From Cereibacter sphaeroides 2.4.1 (GTDB taxonomy: Bacteria > Pseudomonadota > Alphaproteobacteria > Rhodobacterales > Rhodobacteraceae): DNA of 32,000 nucleotides. Under the pieces are notes generated by a model, which saw only the letters and a list, made by a program, of their open reading frames with translations, was not told the origin of the DNA and did not search any database. Below are positions 6,829 through 16,082 of the stretch, piece by piece (position 1 is the stretch's first letter; each line of letters opens with the position of its first letter). The DNA is taken from the NCBI RefSeq assembly GCF_000012905.2, contig NC_007493.2, positions 180,001 through 212,000 on the forward strand, read 5' to 3'. Position numbers and translations under genes: made by a program.

Positions 6829-9108
6829 TCAGCCGTAATGGGTAACGGGCGTTCCGGCCAGAGCGGACATGTTCAAAAGCCCCCGCGCGGTGATCGAAGC
6901 GGTTACGATATGGGCGAGGTTGCCCATGCCCATCAGGATCGGCCCGACCTCGAGCCCGTTCGCCTTCACCTTGAGAATGTTGCGCACACCCGAGGCGGCG
7001 TCGGAATTTCCGAAGACGAGGACGTTCGCGGGCCCGTCGAAGCGCCCGCCGGGGAAGATCCGGTCGCGGATCGCCTGATCGAGCGCCGCATCGATATGCA
7101 TCTCGCCTTCGTAGGCGAAGTCCACGCGGCGCTCGTCGAGAATCTCCAGAGCCGCCCGCATCCGCCGGCCCGTCGAGCAGTCGAGGTTGCCGAACTGCGA
7201 CGAGGAGCAGAGCGCAACCTTGGGCGCGAGTCCGAAGCGGCGGACGTGCCGCGCGGCGCCGATCACCGTCTCGGCGATCTCTTCGGGCGTGGGCTCGTGG
7301 TGGACATGGGTGTCGGCCACGAAGAGCGGCCCGTCCTCGAGGATCATCAGCGACAGCGCGCCGATCGGGCGGCGGTTCCTGGTGGCGAGGATCTGGGTCA
7401 CATAGTTCAGGTGCCACAGATACTGGCCGTAGGTGCCGCAGATCAGGCTGTCGGCCTCGCCCCGATGCACCATGATCGCGCCGATGGCGGTGGTGTTCGT
7501 TCGCATCACCGCCCGCGCCGTGTCGGGCGTCACGCCGCGGCGTGCCATCAGCGCGTGGTAGCTCTCCCAGTAGTCGCGATAGCGCGGGTCGTTTTCGGGG
7601 TTCACCAGATCGAAGTCGCGCCCGGGCCGGATCGGCAGGCCGGCGCGCTCGCACCGCATCTCGACCACTTCGGGCCGTCCGATCAGGATGGGCTTGTGGA
7701 CCGTCTCTTCCAGCACGGCATTGGCGGCGCGCAGCACGCGCTCGTCCTCGCCCTCGGCAAAGACGATCCGCCGGGATTCGGCGGCCGAGGCCTCGAAGAC
7801 CGGCCGCATGATGAGCGCCGAGCGGAAGACCGACCCCTCGAGCCTGCGCCGGTAGGCGTCGAGATCGGCGATGGGGCGGGTGGCCACGCCGCTCTCCATC
7901 GCGGCGCGCGCGACGGCGAGGGCCACGACGCCGATCAGCCGCGGGTCGAAGGGCTTCGGGATCAGATAGTCGGCGCCGAAGCTCATCGGTTCGCCCTTGT
8001 AGGCGGCGGCCGCCTCGGCGCTGGTCGTGGCGCGGGCGAGGCTTGCGATGCCCTCGATGCAGGCCAGCTGCATCTCGTCGTTGATCGTGGTCGCACCCAC
8101 GTCGAGCGCGCCGCGGAAGATGAAGGGGAAGCAGAGGACGTTGTTGACCTGGTTCGGATAGTCCGAGCGGCCGGTGGCGATGATCGCATTCGGGCGGACC
8201 GAGCGCACCTCGTCGGGCAGGATCTCGGGCGTAGGGTTGGCCAGCGCGAAGATGATGGGGCGCTCGGCCATCCGCTCGACCATGGCGGGCGTCAGCACGC
8301 CCGGCCCCGAGAGGCCGAGGAAGAGATCCGCGCCCTCGATCACCTCGGCCAGCGTGCGCAGGTCGCTGTCCTGCGCATATTCGGCCTTCTGCGGCGTCAT
8401 CTCGGCCTCGCGGCCCTTCCAGACGAGGCCCGCGATGTCGCAGAGCCAGACATTCTCGCGCTTCACGCCCAGCTTCAGCAGCATGTTGAGGCAGGCGATC
8501 CCGGCCGCGCCGCCGCCGGTCGAGACCACCTTGATGTCCTCGAAGCGCTTGCCCGCCACATGGAGCGCGTTGGTCGCGGCGGCGCCCACCACGATGGCGG
8601 TGCCGTGCTGGTCGTCGTGGAAGACGGGAATGTTCATCCGCTCGCGGCAGATCTTCTCGACGATGAAGCAGTCCGGAGCCTTGATATCCTCGAGGTTGAT
8701 CGCGCCGAAGGTGGGCTCGAGTGCGCAGACGATCTCGGCCAGTTTCAGCGGGTCGGGTTCTGCCAGCTCGATGTCGAAACAGTCGATGCCCGCGAACTTC
8801 TTGAAGAGGACGGCCTTGCCCTCCATCACGGGCTTTGCCGCCAGCGCGCCGATGTTGCCGAGGCCCAGCACCGCCGTGCCGTTGGTCACCACGCCCACCA
8901 TGTTGCCGCGCGAAGTGTAGCGGCTGGCCGTCGCGGGGTCGGCCTTGATCTCGAGGCAGGCCTCGGCCACGCCCGGCGAATAGGCGCGGGCGAGGTCGCG
9001 GCCGTTGGCAAGCGGCTTCGTCGCCCGGATCTCGAGCTTCCCGGGTTTCGGAAACTCGTGGTAATCCAGCGCCGCATGGCGCGCGTTGTCCTGTCTTGCC
9101 TCGTCCAT
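6829..9108 (-). CDS. maeB: NADP-dependent malic enzyme with C-terminal phosphotransacetylase-like domain
   Basis: 759 aa. N-terminal LDYHEFPKPGKLEIRATKPLANGRDLARAYSPGVAEAC and VVTNGTAVLGLGNIGALAAKPVMEGKAVLFKKFAGID are typical of MaeB/Tme. The roughly 330-aa C-terminal PTA-like domain is present. SD GAGGGAGG precedes ATG 9108. Confidence 0.9.
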   Translation of the reverse strand: MDEARQDNARHAALDYHEFPKPGKLEIRATKPLANGRDLARAYSPGVAEACLEIKADPATASRYTSRGNMVGVVTNGTAVLGLGNIGALAAKPVMEGKAVLFKKFAGIDCFDIELAEPDPLKLAEIVCALEPTFGAINLEDIKAPDCFIVEKICRERMNIPVFHDDQHGTAIVVGAAATNALHVAGKRFEDIKVVSTGGGAAGIACLNMLLKLGVKRENVWLCDIAGLVWKGREAEMTPQKAEYAQDSDLRTLAEVIEGADLFLGLSGPGVLTPAMVERMAERPIIFALANPTPEILPDEVRSVRPNAIIATGRSDYPNQVNNVLCFPFIFRGALDVGATTINDEMQLACIEGIASLARATTSAEAAAAYKGEPMSFGADYLIPKPFDPRLIGVVALAVARAAMESGVATRPIADLDAYRRRLEGSVFRSALIMRPVFEASAAESRRIVFAEGEDERVLRAANAVLEETVHKPILIGRPEVVEMRCERAGLPIRPGRDFDLVNPENDPRYRDYWESYHALMARRGVTPDTARAVMRTNTTAIGAIMVHRGEADSLICGTYGQYLWHLNYVTQILATRNRRPIGALSLMILEDGPLFVADTHVHHEPTPEEIAETVIGAARHVRRFGLAPKVALCSSSQFGNLDCSTGRRMRAALEILDERRVDFAYEGEMHIDAALDQAIRDRIFPGGRFDGPANVLVFGNSDAASGVRNILKVKANGLEVGPILMGMGNLAHIVTASITARGLLNMSALAGTPVTHYG

Positions 9109-9318
9109 TCCGTGCCTCCCTCAGCGATGGTTCAGCACTAAACCATCTGAATGTCCATGCAACCGCGAAGCGCCTTCAGTGGCGGTCTTGCGCTCCTCGG
9201 CAGAGGCGGCGGCGGGCCCCGGGCGCGAAAGCCCGCGCCCGCGCCTTCTGTGCCGGTGCCGCGCTTGCATCCCGACCGCCCACGTCCCAAAGTCGGCCGA
9301 AGCCAGATGGAGGACCTC

Positions 9319-9711
9319 ATGTCCCTGCTCGAAGCCGCGACCGCGGTGCGCGAGAACGCCTATGCGCCGTATTCCCGTTTCAAGGTGGGGGCCGCGCTAC
9401 GCACCGCCTCGGGCGCCGTTCATGCGGGGTGCAACGTCGAGAACGTGGCCTATCCCGAAGGCACCTGCGCCGAGGCCGGCGCCATCGCCGCCATGGTGGC
9501 CGCGGGCGAGACGCGGATCGCCGAGATCCTCGTGATCGCCGACAGCCCCGAGCCGGTGCCGCCCTGCGGCGGCTGCCGCCAGAAGATCGCCGAATTCGCG
9601 GGCCCCGAGGTGCCGGTCACGCTCTGCACCATCGACGGGCAGAGCCTGCGGACTTCCGTGGCGGACCTCCTGCCCGGCAGCTTCCGGGCCGCGCATATGG
9701 ACAGGGTCTGA
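9319..9711 (+). CDS. cdd: Cytidine deaminase (small homotetrameric type)
   Basis: 130 aa from ATG 9319, with SD GGAGGA at 9309-9314. ATG 9307 is an alternative start. Zinc and catalytic motifs TCAEAGA and PCGGCRQ are present, plus N-terminal AYAPYSRFKVGAAL. The ORF-track start at 9151 adds a Pro/Arg-rich, non-protein-like extension. Confidence 0.85.
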   Translation: MSLLEAATAVRENAYAPYSRFKVGAALRTASGAVHAGCNVENVAYPEGTCAEAGAIAAMVAAGETRIAEILVIADSPEPVPPCGGCRQKIAEFAGPEVPVTLCTIDGQSLRTSVADLLPGSFRAAHMDRV

Positions 9712-9712
9712 C

Positions 9713-11020
9713 GTGGACGCGCGATCGATCAACGCAAAGCTGCGCCGGGGCGAAGTGCCCTCGGCCGCTGAACTGGGCTGGTTCGCGGAAGGTCTGGCCT
9801 CGGGGCATGTCACCGATGCGCAGGCCGGCGCCTTCGCCATGGCGGTCTGCCTGCAGGGTCTGGGCGAGGAGGGGCGTGTGGCCCTGACGCGCGCCATGCG
9901 CGACTCCGGCCGGGTGCTCGCCTGGGACCTGCCGGGGCCGGTGCTCGACAAACATTCGACGGGCGGCATCGGAGACTGCACCTCGCTGCTCCTCGCGCCG
10001 GCTCTGGCTGCCTGCGGGGCCTATGTGCCGATGATCTCGGGTCGGGGCCTCGGCCATACGGGGGGCACGCTCGACAAGCTGGAAGCGATCCCCGGCTTCC
10101 GCGTGGCCCTGGGCGAAGAGCGGTTGCGCGCGCAGATCGAGGATGTCCGCTGCGCCATCGTCGCCGCCGACGAGGGCATGGCGCCCGCGGACCGGCGGCT
10201 CTACCTCATCCGCGACGTGACCGGCACGGTCGAATCGATCGACCTCATCACCGCGTCGATCCTGTCGAAGAAGCTGGCGGCCGGGCTCGAGGGGCTGGTG
10301 CTCGATGTGAAAGTGGGTTCGGGCGCCTTCATGAAGTCGATGGACGAGGCCGAGGCGCTGGCGCGTGCGCTGGTGGGCACGGCGCAGGGGGCGGGCTGCA
10401 TGACATCGGCCCTCATCACCGACATGAGCCAGCCGCTCGCGACCGCGGCCGGCAATGCGCTCGAGGTGATCGAGGTGATGGAGACGCTGACCGGCACCTC
10501 GATCAATGCCGCGCTCTGGGACGTGACGGTGGCGCTCGGCGGCGAGGCCCTGGCGCTGGGCGGCCTTGCCGCCGACGCCGAGGACGGGGCGCACCGGATC
10601 GAGCAGGCGCTGGAGAGCGGGCATGCGGCCGAATTCTTCGCCCGCATGGTGGCGGCGCAGGGCGGCCCGGTCGATTTCGTCGAGCGCTGGCCCGACCGGC
10701 TGCCCTCGGCCCCCGTGATGCGCGAGGTGCCGAGCCTGCGCACGGGCTTCGTGCTGCGCATCGACACGGCGGCGCTCGGTCAGGCGGTGGTGCATCTGGG
10801 TGGCGGGCGGCTGCGCGAGACCGACCGGGTGAATCCCTCGGTGGGTCTGGCCGATATCGCCGGGATCGGCGAGGAAGTGTCCGAGGATCTGCCGCTCGCC
10901 ATGATCCATGCCGCGACCGAGGCCGATGCCGATGCTGCGGTGGCCGCGATTCAGGCGGCCTATGTGATCTCGGATCAGGAACCGGCCGAGCCGCCGCTCA
11001 TCCATGCGAGGATCGCCTGA
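9713..11020 (+). CDS. deoA: Thymidine phosphorylase
   Basis: 435 aa. Motifs [10 protein letters not shown] and [24 protein letters not shown] are diagnostic. The GTG start lies 1 nt after the cdd stop. Confidence 0.9.
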   Translation: MDARSINAKLRRGEVPSAAELGWFAEGLASGHVTDAQAGAFAMAVCLQGLGEEGRVALTRAMRDSGRVLAWDLPGPVLDKHSTGGIGDCTSLLLAPALAACGAYVPMISGRGLGHTGGTLDKLEAIPGFRVALGEERLRAQIEDVRCAIVAADEGMAPADRRLYLIRDVTGTVESIDLITASILSKKLAAGLEGLVLDVKVGSGAFMKSMDEAEALARALVGTAQGAGCMTSALITDMSQPLATAAGNALEVIEVMETLTGTSINAALWDVTVALGGEALALGGLAADAEDGAHRIEQALESGHAAEFFARMVAAQGGPVDFVERWPDRLPSAPVMREVPSLRTGFVLRIDTAALGQAVVHLGGGRLRETDRVNPSVGLADIAGIGEEVSEDLPLAMIHAATEADADAAVAAIQAAYVISDQEPAEPPLIHARIA

Positions 11021-12216
11021 TGCCGCGGGCGTTTCTCATCGTGATGGATTCGGTGGGATGCGGCGGTGCGCCGGATGCGGCGGCCTTTGGTGACGCGGGC
11101 TCGAACACCCTCGGCCATATCGCCGAGGCTTGCGCAGCGGGCCGCGCCGAGGAGGGGCGGAGCGGCCCGCTGCGGCTGCCGGTCCTCGACGCGCTGGGTC
11201 TCGGGCGCGCCATCGAGCTGGCCTCGGGCCTCACCGCGCCGGGGCTCGGGGCAGAGCCCTCGGGCCGCTGGGGCGCCGCGACCGAGGTCTCGAAGGGCAA
11301 GGACACGCCCTCGGGCCACTGGGAGCTGGCGGGCGTGCCGGTGCCGTGGGACTGGCACTATTTCCCCGACCGCTGCCCTGCCTTCCCGGACGATCTCACG
11401 GCCGAGATCTGCCGGCGGGCGGGCACCGAAGGCATCCTCGGCAACCGGCATGCCTCGGGCACGGCGGTGATCGAGGAACTGGGCGCCGAGCATGTGCGCA
11501 CCGGCTGGCCGATCTGCTACACCTCGGCCGACAGCGTGCTTCAGATCGCGGCCCATGAGGAGGCCTTCGGGCTCGACCGGCTGCTGGCACTCTGCGCGGG
11601 GCTGGCGCCGACGCTGCATGCGATGCGCGTGGGCCGGGTGATCGCGCGCCCCTTCACGGGCGCACCCGGCAGCTTCGCCCGCACGCCCAACCGGCGCGAC
11701 TATGCCATCGCGCCGCCCGCGCCGACGCTCCTCGACATAGCGGCCGCGGCGGGGCGGGCCACTCATGCCATCGGCAAGATCGGCGACATCTTCTCGCATC
11801 GCGGGATCGGGCAGCTGCACAAGGGCCGCGACGATGCCGCGCTCTTCGACCGGCTGGACGCTTTGGCCGACACGGCCGAGGAGGGCGCGCTCACCTTCGC
11901 GAACTTCGTCGAGTTCGACTCGCTCTACGGCCACCGCCGCGACGTGTCGGGCTATGCGCGGGCGCTCGAATGGTTCGACGGGCGGGCGGGAGCGTTTCTC
12001 GCGCGGCTCCGGCCGGGCGACATGGCGCTGTTCACCGCCGACCATGGCAACGATCCCACCTTCCGCGGCACCGAGCACACGCGCGAACGGGTGCCGGTGC
12101 TGATCGCGGGCACCGGGGAAGGGCCGCTCGGCCTCTGCGCCTATGCCGATGTGGCGGCGACCGTGGCCGCGCATCTGGGCCTCTCCAACCCCGGGCCGGG
12201 GAGGGCGCTCGCATGA
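11020..12216 (+). CDS. deoB: Phosphopentomutase
   Basis: 398 aa. Supporting strings: N-terminal [28 protein letters not shown], plus SGHWE and TADHGNDPT. The start overlaps the deoA stop (TGATG). Confidence 0.9.
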   Translation: MPRAFLIVMDSVGCGGAPDAAAFGDAGSNTLGHIAEACAAGRAEEGRSGPLRLPVLDALGLGRAIELASGLTAPGLGAEPSGRWGAATEVSKGKDTPSGHWELAGVPVPWDWHYFPDRCPAFPDDLTAEICRRAGTEGILGNRHASGTAVIEELGAEHVRTGWPICYTSADSVLQIAAHEEAFGLDRLLALCAGLAPTLHAMRVGRVIARPFTGAPGSFARTPNRRDYAIAPPAPTLLDIAAAAGRATHAIGKIGDIFSHRGIGQLHKGRDDAALFDRLDALADTAEEGALTFANFVEFDSLYGHRRDVSGYARALEWFDGRAGAFLARLRPGDMALFTADHGNDPTFRGTEHTRERVPVLIAGTGEGPLGLCAYADVAATVAAHLGLSNPGPGRALA

Positions 12217-13196
12217 GCCTGCCCAAGATCGAGCTGCATCTCCATCTCGAGGGGGCCGCGCCGCCCGCCTTCATCCGCGGCCTCGCGCGCGAGAAATCCA
12301 TCGACATCTCGGGCATCTTCGCCGAGGACGGCAGCTACGCCTATCGCGATTTCCGGCATTTCCTGAAGGTCTACGAGGCCGCGACCTCGGTCCTCACCGG
12401 GCCCGAGGATTACCGCCGGCTGACGCTCGCGGTGCTGGAGGAGAGCGCGGCTTCCGGTGTGGTCTATTCCGAGACCTTCCTCTCGCCGGATTTCTGCGGC
12501 GGGCGCGATCTCGGCGCCTGGCGCGAGCATCTCCATGCCATCGAGGAGGCCGCGGCCGAGGCCGAGCGGACCATGGGCATCACGCTCCGCGCCATCGTCA
12601 CGCCGATCCGCCACTTCGGCCCCGACAAGGCGAAGGAGACCGCGCTCTGCGCCGCCGAGACCGCGGGCCGCTTCGTGACGGGCTTCGGCCTTGCGGGCGA
12701 CGAAACGGTGGGCAAGCCCAAGGATTTCGCCTGGTCCTTCGACATGGCGCGCGAGGCCGGGCTGCGCCTGACCTGCCATGCCGGAGAATGGGGCGGACCG
12801 GACAGCATCCGCGATGCGCTCCGCGACCTCCGCGTCGAGCGGATCGGCCACGGGGTGCGCGCCATCGAGGATCTGGCGCTGGTCGACGAGCTGGCGGAGC
12901 GGGGCATCGTGCTCGAATGCTGTCCCGGCTCGAACATCGCGCTGGGGATCTATCCCGGCTGGCGCAGGCACCCGATCGGCGAGCTTTTCCGCCGCGAGGT
13001 GAAGGTCACGGTCTCGACCGACGACCCGCCCTTCTTCCACACCACCATGGCGCGCGAATACGACCGGCTGGCCGAGGCCTTCGACTGGGACGAGGGCGTG
13101 TTCCGGACCATTGCGCGCACTGCCCTTGACGCGGCCTTCTGCGACCCCGATACCCGCGCCCGCATCGCCAAGCTACTGGAGCCCGACCATGCTTGA
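12213..13196 (+). CDS. add: Adenosine deaminase
   Basis: 327 aa from ATG 12213, which overlaps the deoB stop as ATGA. Supporting strings: [22 protein letters not shown] and STDDPPFF. The ORF-track start at 11970 is an out-of-context extension inside deoB. Confidence 0.9.
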   Translation: MSLPKIELHLHLEGAAPPAFIRGLAREKSIDISGIFAEDGSYAYRDFRHFLKVYEAATSVLTGPEDYRRLTLAVLEESAASGVVYSETFLSPDFCGGRDLGAWREHLHAIEEAAAEAERTMGITLRAIVTPIRHFGPDKAKETALCAAETAGRFVTGFGLAGDETVGKPKDFAWSFDMAREAGLRLTCHAGEWGGPDSIRDALRDLRVERIGHGVRAIEDLALVDELAERGIVLECCPGSNIALGIYPGWRRHPIGELFRREVKVTVSTDDPPFFHTTMAREYDRLAEAFDWDEGVFRTIARTALDAAFCDPDTRARIAKLLEPDHA

Positions 13197-13821
13197 CCAT
13201 CTGACCGTCGTGACCCACCCGCTCGTGCAGCACAAGCTGACGATCATGCGCAACAAGGAGACCTCGACGGCGGGCTTCCGGCGCCTTCTGCGCGAGATCA
13301 GCCTGCTTCTGGCCTATGAGGTCACGCGCGAGCTCGACATGACCACGGCGACGATCCAGACGCCGCTCCGCGAGATGCAGGCGCCGATCCTCGACGGCAA
13401 GAAGCTGGCGCTGATCTCGATCCTGCGGGCGGGCAACGGGCTTCTCGACGGCATCCTCGAGCTGGTGCCGGCGGCCCGCGTGGGCTTCATCGGCCTCTAC
13501 CGCGACCCCGAGACGCTGAAGCCCGTGCAGTATTATGCGAAGGTGCCCGACGCCCTCGAGGATCGGCTGGTGATCGCGGTCGACCCGATGCTGGCCACCG
13601 GCAATTCCTCGGCCGCGGCCATCGATCTCCTGAAGGAGAAGGGGGCGAAGAACATCCGCTTCCTCTGCCTTCTCGCCGCCCCCGAGGGCGTTGCGCGCAT
13701 GAAGGAGGCCCATCCCGACGTGCCGATCGTGACAGCGGCTGTGGACGAATGCCTGGATCACCACGGATATATTGTCCCCGGGCTAGGAGATGCGGGCGAC
13801 CGCATGTTCGGCACCAAATAA
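13189..13821 (+). CDS. upp: Uracil phosphoribosyltransferase
   Basis: 210 aa from ATG 13189, an 8-nt overlap with the add stop. Supporting strings: [19 protein letters not shown], the PRPP loop [10 protein letters not shown] and C-terminal [17 protein letters not shown]. Confidence 0.9.
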   Translation: MLDHLTVVTHPLVQHKLTIMRNKETSTAGFRRLLREISLLLAYEVTRELDMTTATIQTPLREMQAPILDGKKLALISILRAGNGLLDGILELVPAARVGFIGLYRDPETLKPVQYYAKVPDALEDRLVIAVDPMLATGNSSAAAIDLLKEKGAKNIRFLCLLAAPEGVARMKEAHPDVPIVTAAVDECLDHHGYIVPGLGDAGDRMFGTK

Positions 13822-13887
13822 GGGAAACCCCGCTTTACAGAGGGGAGGAGGCCGGGCAAGATCGCCGGGCCTTCCGAGGGAGAGACC

Positions 13888-14835
13888 ATGCTGATCAGGG
13901 CTGTTTCCGCTGCAATCTGTGCGCTTGTCGCCGGGGCGGGGGCCGTTCCGGCGCAGGATGGGCCGGCCGAGACGCCGCCTTCGGATTTCGTGGCGCCGCA
14001 ATATGTCGACAGCGAGGGCTGCGTCTTCCTGCGGGCGGGCGTGGAGGGCGCGGTCAGCTGGGTCCCCCGGGTGACGCGCGACCGCAAGCCGCTCTGTGGC
14101 TATCCGCCGAGCCTGTCGCCCGTGGTCGAGGCGAGCCCCGAGGATGCCCCGGCGGTCGCCGCGGAGGCGACCACCGCTGCTCCGCAGGCGGACGCCCCGG
14201 CGATGACGGCTGAGACCGATCCGGCGCCCGCGGCGGGCGATCCGGCCGCCAAGGCCGCAGCCAAGGCGGCCATTGCCACCGTGGCCGCCGCCGTCGCGCG
14301 GCCTGAGAGCGACAGGCCGGCGAAGACGTGGAAGAAGCGGACGAGGTTTCCTGCCGTCCGGGTGCAGCCCGCGGATGCGGCCGAGGCGCTGGCGCTCGAT
14401 CGGCTGACGCTGGGCCCGGACGAGATCCGGCCGGCGTCCGACATGCCGGACGAGATCCTCTGCCCCTCCGCCGTGCCGCAGCCGCGCCGCTTCTCCATCA
14501 AGGGCGGCGGCTCGACCGTGCTCTGCATCCATCCCCGCCGTGGGCTCGCGGAGGCGCGCGTGCCGCGACTGCCCGCCACCGAGATGGCGCTGCTTGCGCG
14601 CCAGCCGCGGGCCGAAGCGCAGGACGGGCGGTATGTGCAGGTGGGGGCCTTCCTCGACCCCGCCAATGCGCGCAGCGTGCGCCAGAGCCTTGCGGCGCTG
14701 GGCCTGCCTGCCGCGGTGGCCGAGGGCGGGGCGCTCGAGATCGTCCTCGCCGGACCTTTCACCGAAGAAGCCTCTGCCCGTGCCGCGCTGCGCCGCCTGC
14801 GCGGGACGGGCTTTCGCGACGCATTCCTCCGCTAG
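13888..14835 (+). CDS. Secreted SPOR-domain (peptidoglycan-binding) protein with Ala/Pro-rich linker
   Basis: 315 aa. Signal peptide MLIRAVSAAICALVAGAGAVPAQD. Low-complexity Ala/Pro middle region. C-terminal SPOR-like fold string: YVQVGAFLDPANARSVRQSLAALGLPAAV...IVLAGPFTEEASARAALRRLRGTGFRDAFL. Confidence 0.7.
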   Translation: MLIRAVSAAICALVAGAGAVPAQDGPAETPPSDFVAPQYVDSEGCVFLRAGVEGAVSWVPRVTRDRKPLCGYPPSLSPVVEASPEDAPAVAAEATTAAPQADAPAMTAETDPAPAAGDPAAKAAAKAAIATVAAAVARPESDRPAKTWKKRTRFPAVRVQPADAAEALALDRLTLGPDEIRPASDMPDEILCPSAVPQPRRFSIKGGGSTVLCIHPRRGLAEARVPRLPATEMALLARQPRAEAQDGRYVQVGAFLDPANARSVRQSLAALGLPAAVAEGGALEIVLAGPFTEEASARAALRRLRGTGFRDAFLR

Positions 14836-14871
14836 AGACAAGGCGAACGAAACCCGGGCAGTCATAAACCT

Positions 14872-14901
14872 CGCCCCTCCGCTCGGCGGAGGGGCGTTTT
14901 T
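14872..14901. terminator. Rho-independent terminator shared by convergent genes
   Basis: CGCCCCTCCGC (14872-14882), loop TCG, GCGGAGGGGCG (14886-14896), then TTTTT (14897-14901) on the + strand. On the minus strand the same stem is followed by AGGTTTAT. It lies between the SPOR gene stop (14835) and the stop of the minus-strand gene (14983). Confidence 0.8.
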
Positions 14902-14982
14902 CTTGGGATCTCGGCCTGTCGGAAGGCAGATGCAGCCCTTCGGCCAAGGCCGGTCATTCGCGCTTCGTGAATGGCGGGGCGC

Positions 14983-16002
14983 TCAGTCGGTGCAGATGCC
15001 CTGCAGGCTGACCCAATCCTCGTCCGTCAGCACGGGTTTGTCTTCCGAACCGCCGAGCTCGTCGGCCTCGACCAGACCCAGCATCGACTCGCCGGTCGGA
15101 TCGACGGCAAAGGCATAGGGCGTGGCCGACACGCCCGCCTCGCCGAACCGGGTCGCAAGCGCCTCGTCAGTGAGCAGCGCCGGCGTTCCCTGCAGAAGCT
15201 GGGCGGCATAGCCGTCGACGGAGTCCTGCGGCAACTCGCCGGTGGCGAGCAGCCGGAAGGTTGCGGCGAGCCCCGCATGTTCGAGGACCGGGATCAGCGG
15301 ATCCTGCAGGCGCGCGCGCAGCTGCTCGGCCAGAGCATAGCCCGCAAGCACTTCCGGCCCGTCCGCCGCCTCGACCATCGCGCGCGGGAAGATGATCTGC
15401 CGGTTCGGCAGATGGACCGGCCGCCGCACCCCTTCGCGCACCACGAGGATCGTCATCCGCTCGTTGCCGAAGAGCCGGCGCGCGAGCCGGTCTGCCGCGC
15501 GTCGACCGAGGGGCGCCGCACAGGGCTTGCCCGTGACACGGATCATGTCCGCCAGCGCCAGCCGCCCGATTTCGGCGCGCGTCGCGGGAGGCACCACGGC
15601 GGCCGTATGGTCGACCAGGGCGCCCGGCAGCCAGAAGATGCCCAGACACAGCAGCACCACCGCGAGGCCGCCCAGAACCGAGCCTCTCAGCCGTCCCGGC
15701 CGCGGACGTGTCGAGCCGAGAGCCTCTCGCACGGTGCCGAGAGCCGCGATCATGTCGCCGTCCTCGATCTCGAGGGTCTCGTCGGAATCCTCGCCCGGCG
15801 CGTAGAGGGCAGGCTGCTCGCCCGGGTTCAGCCGCTCGACGGCCGGCAGCGACCAGTGCGACAGCGCGAGCTCGGTCGCCGGGTCGGACATCGTGAGCGA
15901 CGCCTCGCCGAAATTCACGACCACCTCGCGCCGCTGCGCGTCGGGTGCGCTGCGCCACAGGCCCGTGCATTCGAGTTTCTGGTATTTCTTCAGCGCCGTC
16001 AT
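14983..16002 (-). CDS. Hypothetical single-pass membrane protein (cytoplasmic N-domain, one TM, periplasmic domain of about 210 aa)
   Basis: 339 aa with high GC3 from the first codon. One hydrophobic segment, VLGGLAVVLLCLGIFWLPGALV, at about residues 108-130. I recognise no family motif with confidence. No clear SD precedes ATG 16002. Confidence 0.55.
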   Translation of the reverse strand: MTALKKYQKLECTGLWRSAPDAQRREVVVNFGEASLTMSDPATELALSHWSLPAVERLNPGEQPALYAPGEDSDETLEIEDGDMIAALGTVREALGSTRPRPGRLRGSVLGGLAVVLLCLGIFWLPGALVDHTAAVVPPATRAEIGRLALADMIRVTGKPCAAPLGRRAADRLARRLFGNERMTILVVREGVRRPVHLPNRQIIFPRAMVEAADGPEVLAGYALAEQLRARLQDPLIPVLEHAGLAATFRLLATGELPQDSVDGYAAQLLQGTPALLTDEALATRFGEAGVSATPYAFAVDPTGESMLGLVEADELGGSEDKPVLTDEDWVSLQGICTD

Positions 16003-16082
16003 GCGCGCGGTCGGCCCCGGCCCTGAGTTCCTGCCGCGCGACGATAGCCTGCCTCACCGCCAGTCACAATCACCGCCGCCCC

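Noticed and set aside
3984-6845. Very long ORFs on the strand opposite to recognised genes. Examples: 953 aa at 3984-6845 (+), 788 aa at 6775-9141 (+), 462 aa at 9617-11005 (-), 399 aa at 10975-12174 (-), 619 aa at 15945-17804 (+), 630 aa at 19486-21378 (+), 491 aa at 24099-25574 (-), 507 aa at 26217-27740 (-), 576 aa at 27634-29364 (-) and 496 aa at 29682-31172 (-).
   Set aside because: These are classic high-GC shadow ORFs. Their translations are Arg/Gly/Pro/Asp/His-rich and low in complexity, with no recognisable motifs. Each lies antisense to a gene with clear family signatures and strong third-position GC bias.
9151-9318. N-terminal extensions given by the ORF track: cdd at 9151, add at 11970, upp at 13111, the mannitol-DH-family gene at 25171, the DMT permease at 17732 and prpE at 6692.
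   Set aside because: The extensions are compositionally non-protein-like or overlap the preceding gene extensively. Internal starts with SD sequences give lengths typical for each family.
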